Assembly: GCA_035627595.1 (NCBI GenBank)
Contig: DASPLK010000004.1
Span: forward strand, 1-40,361
Origin: Minisyncoccota bacterium
GTDB lineage: Bacteria > Patescibacteriota > Minisyncoccia > Phycocordibacterales > Phycocordibacteraceae
DNA: 40,361 bases
Direction: 5' to 3'
The notes beneath the pieces were generated by a model, which worked only from the letters and a program-made list of their open reading frames with translations, had not been told where the DNA came from and made no database searches. Within the stretch, counting starts at the first letter, position 1; each line of letters starts with the position of its first letter. The position numbers and the translations under genes were made by a program. Of the stretch, positions 7,602 through 15,086 are shown one piece after another.

Positions 7602-8501
7602 CTATTCAATTATTACCGTTCCTGCAAAGAACCGGATCATTGAAGACTCAACCCCTGCATTTCTTACATAAGCATCTGCAATACCTGAACCAATGACAGC
7701 AATAACTACAGCTAGTACGGCCACCGCAACGAACGCAGCTCGAAGCGAAAGACTCGACTTCCCTGCTACTGGACGGCGCGCATTTTTAGCCGCAGGAGCA
7801 ATTGCCCTTCTCTCCGAGCGCGGCGTTCCCCCAACTAGGCGTATCTCAGGGCTCGCAGGGCGCATTGACTCATAGGTACGGCGCATGGGCACGTCTTCCT
7901 CTATCTCATCGGTGAAAGGCACAGGGTCATACTCAGGAGCTGGTTCCTCATCTTTAAGTACCGACTTTTCTTCTTCTACGCGATGCAAGATAACGGGCGA
8001 TACCTCATAGGGATCCTCTATTTGTGTCTCTGCTCTAGAAATTTCCTCTTGAGACGAGCTTCCAGACGAGGCCGACTCCTGCTGTCGGGTTGCAAACCAC
8101 TCGCGCCATGCGGACTGCATATCCTCAACTGAGCTAGTTACAGGCTCCACAATTGGCTCATCGGCAGCCTTAGAACTCAATTCCTGCCTACCATCAAGCA
8201 AATTTATACTCCGCCTTTCCAGCACAGGAACCGTAGTAGCATCCTCAACCTCATACTTAGGCGGCTCCCATGTAGGTATGGGGTCTGGGCTAGAAACAGC
8301 CTTATCTGCCTTTACATCCTCAGAACCAAACCTATGTGCCCTAATAGAAGTCTCAAGCACGTACCAGCTCCGACCCACGAGGGTGGCTTCAACCCTACCC
8401 TCCCTGCAAAGCTGACCAATATAATCCTTCGCATATCCAGTAATCTCGGCCGCGCGCTTTGACGAGATATAAATCTTGTCACCAATAGTAAGCTCATTCA
8501 T
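7602..8501 (-). CDS. Tail-anchored HTH protein: N-terminal excisionase/MerR-like HTH, long acidic low-complexity linker, C-terminal TM helix.
   Basis: 299 aa. The N-terminus ISSKRAAEITGYAKDYIGQLCREGRVEATLVGRSWYVLETSIRAH aligns with the giant protein's STYEAAKASGYSPAYISSLCRSGELPSTRNGKAWMIKRSDLKAY (AA..GY..YI..LCR.G......G..W). The TM segment is LRAAFVAVAVLAVVIAVIGSGI, near residues 250-275. Confidence 0.8.
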   Translation of the reverse strand: MNELTIGDKIYISSKRAAEITGYAKDYIGQLCREGRVEATLVGRSWYVLETSIRAHRFGSEDVKADKAVSSPDPIPTWEPPKYEVEDATTVPVLERRSINLLDGRQELSSKAADEPIVEPVTSSVEDMQSAWREWFATRQQESASSGSSSQEEISRAETQIEDPYEVSPVILHRVEEEKSVLKDEEPAPEYDPVPFTDEIEEDVPMRRTYESMRPASPEIRLVGGTPRSERRAIAPAAKNARRPVAGKSSLSLRAAFVAVAVLAVVIAVIGSGIADAYVRNAGVESSMIRFFAGTVIIE

Positions 8502-8507
8502 ACAGTA

Positions 8508-8526
8508 ATAATAAGCTATCTCGTCT
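8508..8526 (-). promoter_or_regulatory. -10-like TATTAT (8508-8513) exactly 6 nt upstream of ATG 8501, directly abutted by the GAGATAGCT / CTATCTCGTCT box (8514-8526).
   Basis: The coding strand reads GAGACGAGATAGCT-TATTAT-TACTGT-ATG. Confidence 0.4.
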
Positions 8527-8561
8527 CGAATAGAAAAGATATAAAATGAGCATAACTTTAC

Positions 8562-8593
8562 AAGAAAGACGGCCGATTATGGCCGCCTTTCTT
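8562..8593 (-). terminator. Putative intrinsic terminator after gatB.
   Basis: aagaaagacggcc-gattat-ggccgcctttctt: 13-bp arms with one mismatch, 20 nt downstream of the gatB stop. Confidence 0.55.
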
Positions 8594-8613
8594 AATTCTG
8601 CCTGTTTATAGTT

Positions 8614-10023
8614 CTAGCTTAGCTCCTCCAGCAGCACCTCTCGAATTATGCCAGGGTTGCCAGCGCCCTTAGATGCTTTCATGGCTTGCCCCACAAGGAA
8701 TTGCAACGCCGTCTCCTTGCCGGACTTATACTCCCCTGCCGGGCCGGTATGTTCCGCTAGTACGCCTTGTACAAGGGTGCGGATAGACTCCCTGTCGCTG
8801 ACTTGGGCAAGTCCAAGCCTCTTAACTATCTCGCCTGGCTCCCCACCCTCCTCAAGCAAGACCGCTAACGCGTCCTTTGTCCCGCGAGAAGAAATCTCCC
8901 CATCCTTTGTCATGCGAATAAGCGATATGAATGCGTCAGGCAGAAGTGTTTCAAATTCACGTACATTATTTTTTGCATACCATCCGCCTACGTCCGAAAC
9001 AATATAATTTGTTGCAAGCTTAAGAAGCGCGGCGTCGCCATTCGCGAGTCCTGCAATTTTATCGAAAAAAGTACTGCGCTCGATGGTCGAAGTGAGATAG
9101 GCAGCATCAGCGGGAGCAATGCCGAACTCTTCGTACCGAGCACGACGTACCCATGGAAGCTCCGGAAGCGAGTTCGTTATATCAATCTCAGAAAATCCAG
9201 GCATTGAAGTGATCCTAAGCTTGGGGAGGTCTGGCTCTGGAAAGTACCGGTAATCGGCGCTCCCTTCTTTGCTGCGCTGGCGAAAGGTCTTCTGGCCGCT
9301 CTCATCCCAACCTCTCGTCTCCTGCATGATGACTTCCCCGTTCTCAAGAGCAGCAGTCTGACGCTCTATCTCATAGAGGATAGCTCGCTCCACTGAACGG
9401 AACGAATTAAGATTCTTTACCTCTACCTTTGTACCGAACATATCGGTCTCGCTAACAGATACATTCGCTTCTACTCGCATCTCCCCCTTCTCAAGATTTG
9501 CGTGCGAAGCCCCGAGAGTGCGAAGCAAGAGCTGCAGCTCCTTTGCAAAATCAGCGGCGGTTTTTGCATCAGTTATGTCTGGCTCGGTAACGAGCTCCAT
9601 GAGAGGAACTCCTGCCCGATTAAAATCAACAAGGCTCTTCCCACTTTCATGAGATGAACGGGCCGTATCTTCTTCCAAGTGTATCCGTGTTACCGCGATA
9701 CCATTTAGAGACCCTCCTGATACAAGCGGGTGCTCATACTGACTGATCTGGTAACCCTTCGGTATGTCTGGATAAAAATATGACTTTCGATCAAACTCCG
9801 TGAAATCCGCGAGCGTACCGCCAAGCGCTGCTCCGACTCGAAGTACGTGTCGAACCGCCTCTTCGTTTATTGTGGGAAGCGTCCCGGGATGAGCCATGCA
9901 GACGGGACAGACGTTCGCATTCGGCTCACGTTCCTCCGGATCATTCGCACAGGCACAGAACATCTTGGTCCTCGTAGAGAGTTCCGCATGTATCTCAAGG
10001 CCTATAGTTGGGCGATAGCTCAT
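8614..10023 (-). CDS. gatB: Asp-tRNA(Asn)/Glu-tRNA(Gln) amidotransferase subunit B.
   Basis: 469 aa. Typical GatB N-terminus MSYRPTIGLEIHAELSTRTKMFCACAN...NVCPVCMAHPGTLP and motif RKSYFYPDIPKGYQISQ. Confidence 0.95.
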   Translation of the reverse strand: MSYRPTIGLEIHAELSTRTKMFCACANDPEEREPNANVCPVCMAHPGTLPTINEEAVRHVLRVGAALGGTLADFTEFDRKSYFYPDIPKGYQISQYEHPLVSGGSLNGIAVTRIHLEEDTARSSHESGKSLVDFNRAGVPLMELVTEPDITDAKTAADFAKELQLLLRTLGASHANLEKGEMRVEANVSVSETDMFGTKVEVKNLNSFRSVERAILYEIERQTAALENGEVIMQETRGWDESGQKTFRQRSKEGSADYRYFPEPDLPKLRITSMPGFSEIDITNSLPELPWVRRARYEEFGIAPADAAYLTSTIERSTFFDKIAGLANGDAALLKLATNYIVSDVGGWYAKNNVREFETLLPDAFISLIRMTKDGEISSRGTKDALAVLLEEGGEPGEIVKRLGLAQVSDRESIRTLVQGVLAEHTGPAGEYKSGKETALQFLVGQAMKASKGAGNPGIIREVLLEELS

Positions 10024-10071
10024 TATGTAACCAGCTTAGCGTATACAGCGCCTCGTGGGTAGCGTGGAGAA

Positions 10072-11055
10072 CTAAACAGTTCCTTCCCCAGACAGCATCT
10101 GGGAAAGCCTGTCGGAAAACGATTTTAGAAGCTCGTCGTCGAGGATGGAGACAACATAGACCTCTTTGCCTGATACCTCGACAAGCGCCTTACGTTTCGC
10201 CTCAAGTTCCTCCTCTGATACGGAGTCGGCTTTGGACAAAACTACAATTTCTGGCTTTCCAGAAAGCTCCTGTCCAAACGCTTCGAGCTCAGCGCGAATG
10301 CTTTTGTATGCCTCGACCACGTCATCTTGCTCTGCCGAGACCAAGTGAGCTATGTATTTGGTTCGTTCGACATGGCGGAGGAACTTCGAACCGAGACCTC
10401 GGCCTGCCGAGGCACCCTCGATGAGGCCAGGTATGTCTGCTAGCAAAAAGCCGTAGAAATCACCGAGATGCGGATCAAGAGTGGTAAACGGGTAAGCACC
10501 TACTTTAGATCGAGCTCGGGTGAGCGCGTTTAGGAGCGAGGATTTGCCGGCGTTCGGATACCCCACGAACCCGACGTCAGCGATTATCTTAAGGGTTATG
10601 GAGAGCTTTCCGGACTGACCCTGTTTACCTGGGGTTGCCTCTATAGGGTTCTGATTAGCCGCGCCCTTAAAGTGCGCATTTCCTAGACCACCTGCCCCAC
10701 CCTTGTATATGACTTTTTGCTCACCCTCCTCAAGAATTTCGTAGACCTGCCCAGTTACCAGATCGGTCGCAATAGTCCCTACCGGCACTCTAAGTACCGC
10801 TGGAGCGCCGTCAGCACCGTACTTATTATTGTTCGAGCCGGACTGTCCGTTCTGTCCACGAATCGATTTTAGAAACCTAAACGCAGCAAGCGCGCCTAAG
10901 TCGCGTACCCCTTCCAGGATGACATCGCCACCCCTACCCCCGTTACCGCCTGCCGGACCTGCCCTTTCCTTTCCTTTGAGATGCAGCCAGCGCACGACGC
11001 CATCGCCGCCCTTACCTGCAGATGCTTTTATAGTTACTTCATCAACGAATGCCAT
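10072..11055 (-). CDS. obg: GTPase Obg/CgtA (short form).
   Basis: 327 aa. Gly-rich Obg fold FVDEVTIKASAGKGGDGVVRW...GGNGGRGGDVIL, followed by G1 GYPNAGKSSLL and G3 DIPGLIEGA. Confidence 0.95.
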   Translation of the reverse strand: MAFVDEVTIKASAGKGGDGVVRWLHLKGKERAGPAGGNGGRGGDVILEGVRDLGALAAFRFLKSIRGQNGQSGSNNNKYGADGAPAVLRVPVGTIATDLVTGQVYEILEEGEQKVIYKGGAGGLGNAHFKGAANQNPIEATPGKQGQSGKLSITLKIIADVGFVGYPNAGKSSLLNALTRARSKVGAYPFTTLDPHLGDFYGFLLADIPGLIEGASAGRGLGSKFLRHVERTKYIAHLVSAEQDDVVEAYKSIRAELEAFGQELSGKPEIVVLSKADSVSEEELEAKRKALVEVSGKEVYVVSILDDELLKSFSDRLSQMLSGEGTV

Positions 11056-11088
11056 ATATATGAGGATAGCCCAGTAAATGGCTAAGTC

Positions 11089-13617
11089 CTAGCCGCGCAC
11101 AATTTCCCACCCTTCTTCCAGAAGTTGTTCTGCCCTCTTATATTTGAGCGTTTGAACCTCATCACCCTTACGCACCGTGACCAGGTCATTTCTTCCATAT
11201 GCCTCAGTCTTCACAAGCGGTGTACCTGAATCAGAACCATCGCCGCCTTCAGAAGCTGCAAGAACCGCCCTGCGCGTTTTTGCTTCCTCTGCACGAATGC
11301 GACTGTCATCAGCAACTTCGATACGCGGAAGCGCCTCAGAAAACGAGCGTGCGACCCCCTCTTCCATTGAGCGGTACCGGGCAAGGCCTTCCTTGCGGTA
11401 CTCGATCAAGGGATCGCGCTGACCGTATGCACGTAGGGATACGCTACGGCGCATATACTCCATTGTCTCAAGGTGCTCAAGCCAGAATGCATCGATAACT
11501 TGTAGGAGGAGTCGGCGCAGTATCGGAAGGAGTACCTCGGCTCCAAGCTCCTTGGTCTTCTGCTCGTACGCAGCGAGCGCACTCTCATCCCCTGCTATAA
11601 GCTCACGGACGGCGGCGTCAAAATCCTCTGCGCTACCTAGAAGCGCCTTTCCACGTCGCGCGTATATAGCTAAGCGCTGTGTATTGAGAACATCGTCGTA
11701 TGCGAGCACCTGTTTGCGGGAATCAAAGTTAAAACCTTCGATGCGCTTCTGCGCGGTTTCCAATGCCTTCGTGATCATGCCGCTTGAAATCGGCTCGTCC
11801 TCAGGTATTTTGAAGGTCCCCATGACGTTTTTAATAACGTCGTTAGCGAACACGCGCATAAGCTTGTCTTCCAGAGATACATAGAATCTCGTCTCACCGG
11901 GATCTCCCTGGCGGCCTGAGCGGCCACGCAACTGGTTATCGATACGTCGCGCCTCGTGCCGCTCGGTACCAAGAACCACAAGTCCACCGAGCGCGAGCAC
12001 CTCTTCACGCTCGGCAGGGTCAGCTGGAGCACCGCCAAGTTTGATATCGACACCGCGACCAGCAAGGTTGGTAGCAACTGTTACCCTCGCCTTTCGACCT
12101 GCCTGCGCAATAAGCTCACCCTCGCGCTCATGATTCTTTGCATTCAATACCTCATGAGGTATTCCTGCCTTTTGAAGATATTCGCTAACAACTTCGTTAT
12201 CCTCAATGGAAACCGTACCGACAAGAACCGGCTGACCCTTTTCATGGAGCCGCTTGACCTCCTGAGCAAGAGCTAGGTATTTACCGCGCGCCGTTTGGAA
12301 TATGTGATCGTCATGGTCGATACGCTGTACCTTCCTATTAGTAGGTACTACGACGACCTCGAGCCCATACACCGTATAGAACTCTTCCTCAGACGAGAGC
12401 GCAGTACCGGTCATTCCCGAGAGACGGCTGTACATCCGGAAGAGGTTCTGGAAAGTAACACTTGCGTACGTGCGTGTTTCCTTCTGCACTGGTACGCCTT
12501 CCTTAGCCTCGATAGCCTGATGCAGTCCCTCGCTCCAGCGGCGGCCAGGCTGCATACGGCCCGTAAATTCGTCAACGATAACGATCTGGTTGTTCTGTAC
12601 AACATACTCCTTATCGCGAGCAAAAAGTGCCTTCGCACGCACGGCAGTTTCAAGGTGATGCGCAAGCTTCATACCACCCTCGGTGTAGAGGTTATCGATA
12701 TTAAGTGCTTGCTCAGCCTTTGTGATGCCAGCTTCTGTCAGCTGGACGGCACGCTGCTTCTCGTCCACAACGTAGTCTTCTCCTTCAATAAAGGAGCGAA
12801 CTATCGCTGCAAATCGCTCGTAGTAACCTTCTGCATCTGCTGCGGGGCCGGAGATAATGAGTGGCGTACGCGCCTCGTCGATCAAGATAGAATCGATCTC
12901 ATCTACGATTGCATAGTGATGACCGCGCTGCACCATCTGAGAAGCATCGTAGGCAGTATTGTCACGGAGGTAATCAAAGCCTAGCTCGTTATTGGTCGCA
13001 TAGGTGATGTCCGCTGCGTACGCTTCCTTCTTAGTTGCGGGCCGGAGGAAGTCGTAGAAGACGCGGAAGGAGCCGGTCTCATCGCGAGCTTCGTCCTCTT
13101 CTTTGCTTATATGCGCAGGATCGTACACATATGCGCCAGTGGATGTTACGACACCGACCGAAAAGCCGAGACAGTCATACACCTGTCCCATCCATGCGGC
13201 GTCGCGTCGTGCGAGATAGTCGTTTACCGTCACCATGTGCACACCGTTACCCGCGAGTGCACGAAGTGACGCTGGTAGTGTAGCGACAAGTGTCTTACCC
13301 TCACCCGTGCGCATCTCTGCAATTTTTCCTTTGGCGAGTGCGAGACCGCCGATCAACTGTACATCGTAATGACGCTCACCGAGCGTACGGCGCGCAGCCT
13401 CACGTACGAGCGCAAATACTTCCGCGATGTCGGCATCGCTTTCCGGCATACCCCCTGTGCGCTCACGCACCTGTGCCAAGCGAGCCTGGAGCTCCTCACC
13501 AGAAAGTGCTTCAAGTTCGTCTGAAAGGCGTGCCGCTATATCAACAATCGGCTGTGCCGACTTGAGGAAGCTTACAGACTGGTTCTTTGTGAATATCTGC
13601 CCTAGGAAATTGGCCAT
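11089..13617 (-). CDS. secA: Preprotein translocase ATPase SecA.
   Basis: 842 aa. SecA motifs MRTGEGKTL, DEIDSILIDEARTPLIISG, TNLAGRGVDIKLGG and RIDNQLRGRSGRQGDPG. Confidence 0.97.
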   Translation of the reverse strand: MANFLGQIFTKNQSVSFLKSAQPIVDIAARLSDELEALSGEELQARLAQVRERTGGMPESDADIAEVFALVREAARRTLGERHYDVQLIGGLALAKGKIAEMRTGEGKTLVATLPASLRALAGNGVHMVTVNDYLARRDAAWMGQVYDCLGFSVGVVTSTGAYVYDPAHISKEEDEARDETGSFRVFYDFLRPATKKEAYAADITYATNNELGFDYLRDNTAYDASQMVQRGHHYAIVDEIDSILIDEARTPLIISGPAADAEGYYERFAAIVRSFIEGEDYVVDEKQRAVQLTEAGITKAEQALNIDNLYTEGGMKLAHHLETAVRAKALFARDKEYVVQNNQIVIVDEFTGRMQPGRRWSEGLHQAIEAKEGVPVQKETRTYASVTFQNLFRMYSRLSGMTGTALSSEEEFYTVYGLEVVVVPTNRKVQRIDHDDHIFQTARGKYLALAQEVKRLHEKGQPVLVGTVSIEDNEVVSEYLQKAGIPHEVLNAKNHEREGELIAQAGRKARVTVATNLAGRGVDIKLGGAPADPAEREEVLALGGLVVLGTERHEARRIDNQLRGRSGRQGDPGETRFYVSLEDKLMRVFANDVIKNVMGTFKIPEDEPISSGMITKALETAQKRIEGFNFDSRKQVLAYDDVLNTQRLAIYARRGKALLGSAEDFDAAVRELIAGDESALAAYEQKTKELGAEVLLPILRRLLLQVIDAFWLEHLETMEYMRRSVSLRAYGQRDPLIEYRKEGLARYRSMEEGVARSFSEALPRIEVADDSRIRAEEAKTRRAVLAASEGGDGSDSGTPLVKTEAYGRNDLVTVRKGDEVQTLKYKRAEQLLEEGWEIVRG

Positions 13618-13626
13618 AATGGGGCC

Positions 13627-13632
13627 ACTATA
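13627..13632 (-). promoter_or_regulatory. -10-like TATAGT 9 nt upstream of the secA ATG.
   Basis: The coding strand reads GGTATAGT-GGCCCCATT-ATG. No SD motif is present. Confidence 0.3.
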
Positions 13633-13671
13633 CCGCGTATTTATGCTTTATTCTAGCGCTTTAGATAAAGC

Positions 13672-13700
13672 AAAAGAGCCTCCCGGTGGGAGGCTCTTTT
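13672..13700. terminator. Bidirectional intrinsic terminator after the H1-like gene.
   Basis: aaaagagcctccc-ggt-gggaggctctttt: a perfect 13-bp stem with A and T runs built into the arms. Confidence 0.85.
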
Positions 13701-13712
13701 GCGTAGTCAGGA

Positions 13713-13913
13713 CTACTTGCGCTTTGCAGGACGGCGCTTTGCGGCTGCCTTCTTTGCAGGACGCTTTGCTGCTGTCTTCTTCGCGGCTGCCTTCTTTGCA
13801 GGACGCTTTGCTGCTGCTTTCTTTGCTGGGCGCTTTGCTGCTGCTTTCTTTGCTGGGCGCTTTGCGGCTGCCTTCTTTGCAGGACGCTTTGCTGCCTTCT
13901 TCTTTGCTGCCAT
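13713..13913 (-). CDS. Histone-H1-like Lys/Ala-rich basic repeat protein (about 66 aa; the start could instead be 13940).
   Basis: MAAKKKAAKRPAKKAAAKRPAKKAAAKRPAKKAAAKRPAKKAAAKKTAAKRPAKKAAAKRRPAKRK. This frame stops 12 nt before the terminator, whereas the competing minus frame (13648..13986) reads through the hairpin. The composition resembles bacterial H1-like proteins (AlgP, Hc1/Hc2 type). Confidence 0.6.
   Translation of the reverse strand: MAAKKKAAKRPAKKAAAKRPAKKAAAKRPAKKAAAKRPAKKAAAKKTAAKRPAKKAAAKRRPAKRK
13725..13910 (-). repeat. Imperfect coding tandem repeats, mostly 27-bp period (9 aa, AAKRPAKKA).
   Basis: ctttgc(a/t)gg recurs at 13804, 13831, 13858 and 13885 (27-bp steps), with irregular units further left. 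Confidence 0.8.
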
Positions 13914-13980
13914 AGATCTGTTGGTGAAAGTATTGACCATGACTAATGTCGACCCACACCCGCGCGAAATTTTTCTGTGT

Positions 13981-14010
13981 GAACACATTCGTTCGCGCGT
14001 GAATGTGTTC
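13981..14010. promoter_or_regulatory. Perfect 10-bp inverted repeat gaacacattc-N10-gaatgtgttc upstream of the H1-like gene. GCGCGTGAAT recurs at 13996-14005 and 14026-14035.
   Basis: Read directly. The element sits in the AT-rich murB to H1-like spacer, and no T-tract follows it on the minus strand, so it is not a typical terminator. Confidence 0.35.
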
Positions 14011-14083
14011 TGTACATAATTATTGCGCGTGAATATAAAATTTGCGTGAGAAAAAATTTGTACGTGTGGATAACTAAAAAAAA

Positions 14084-15085
14084 TTATGTGAGTGATCGCA
14101 CTTCGCGTTCGATGTGTATACCTGTTGCATCGAAAACTTTTTTCGCTACATCTAGAGCAAGTGCATCAATATCAGATGCACTTGCTCCACGGTGCGCAAC
14201 GAGTACCAACGGCTGACGCTCGAACAACGATGCATTTCTAAGCGCATAGCCGCGAAGTGCGAGGACATTATCAAGTATCCATGCGAGCGGAACTTTTACA
14301 CCTCCTAATACAGGAAAGCCAGGCATGCCCTTGTACCGAGCGCTGAGAGCCTCGTACTCTTTATCGCTAATAATTGGATTCTTGAAGAACGAACCGCCAG
14401 TTCCGTACTCACGAAGATCTGGAAACTTGAGAGAGCGCACGCTACGTACAACGGCTGCAATTTCCTTTGGGGTTGTAAGTCGCTCCCCTGCTAAGGCGCG
14501 AGTTGCAAGATCTTTGTAGTCAATGCGCGGCCCACCATCCCTCGAGAGCTGAAGCGTGACACTTGTGATAATGAGTTCTGGTTCGCGCTTAAAGCGACTC
14601 TCACGGTACCCGAGTGCACACTCCTTTGCCGTAAGCCGTATATGCTCGTTTGTGCGTGCGTTATATGCATCTACGTGCACGAGCGTATCAGCAAGCTCAG
14701 CGCCATACGCGCCAATATTCTGTACTGGAGCAGCGCCAATCGTACCCGGGATTCCGGCGAGGTTTTCAATACCCCACAATCCACGCAATCCCGCCTGCCG
14801 TACTGCCTGATCCCAGACGACTCCGGCACCTGCTACCAATAGTCCATCATCCCTGACAGAAAGGTCGGGGATGCGTAGGTGTATGATCACGCCTGGATAG
14901 CCTGCATCTGGTGCAAGCAAGTTACTTCCCTCACCAAGCGGTACGTATGGAAGATCTTCTCGCTTTGCAAACGCTACAGCGTCAGCAACGTCATTAACCG
15001 TCTTACACTCTGCAACATACCGTGCCTTCCCACCTATCTTAAAGGTGGTGAGGAGCGAGAGTGGGACGTGTTCGCGTAACTGCAT
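14084..15085 (-). CDS. murB: UDP-N-acetylenolpyruvoylglucosamine reductase.
   Basis: MQLREHVPLSLLTTFKIGGKARY...LGEGSNLL, the FAD-binding MurB pattern. ATG 15085 lies 1 nt after the upstream stop. The start given in the track (15097) is a TTG. Confidence 0.9.
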   Translation of the reverse strand: MQLREHVPLSLLTTFKIGGKARYVAECKTVNDVADAVAFAKREDLPYVPLGEGSNLLAPDAGYPGVIIHLRIPDLSVRDDGLLVAGAGVVWDQAVRQAGLRGLWGIENLAGIPGTIGAAPVQNIGAYGAELADTLVHVDAYNARTNEHIRLTAKECALGYRESRFKREPELIITSVTLQLSRDGGPRIDYKDLATRALAGERLTTPKEIAAVVRSVRSLKFPDLREYGTGGSFFKNPIISDKEYEALSARYKGMPGFPVLGGVKVPLAWILDNVLALRGYALRNASLFERQPLVLVAHRGASASDIDALALDVAKKVFDATGIHIEREVRSLT

Positions 15086-15086
15086 C

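Noticed and set aside
1-8501. A prophage or mobile-element origin for the tail-fibre-like gene.
   Set aside because: No integrase, terminase, capsid, baseplate or transposase genes flank it, and no att-like repeats were seen. The protein has an N-terminal cytoplasmic domain and a TM anchor, which is unlike virion fibres. The downstream neighbourhood beyond base 1 is unseen, so this is not fully excluded.
12295-12984. 229-aa plus-strand ORF inside secA, and similar antisense ORFs inside gatB, obg, the ligase-like gene, the GT genes, murC and murD.
   Set aside because: Each is fully embedded antisense in a strongly recognisable conserved gene. None shows a family motif.
13648-14019. Alternative frames and strands across the 27-bp repeats (ORFs 13427..13915 +, 13699..14019 +, 13648..13986 -), and a CRISPR-like reading of the tandem repeats.
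   Set aside because: The repeats are contiguous with no unique spacers, so this is not a CRISPR array. The Lys/Ala frame is the only one that stops before the terminator hairpin and resembles a known protein class.
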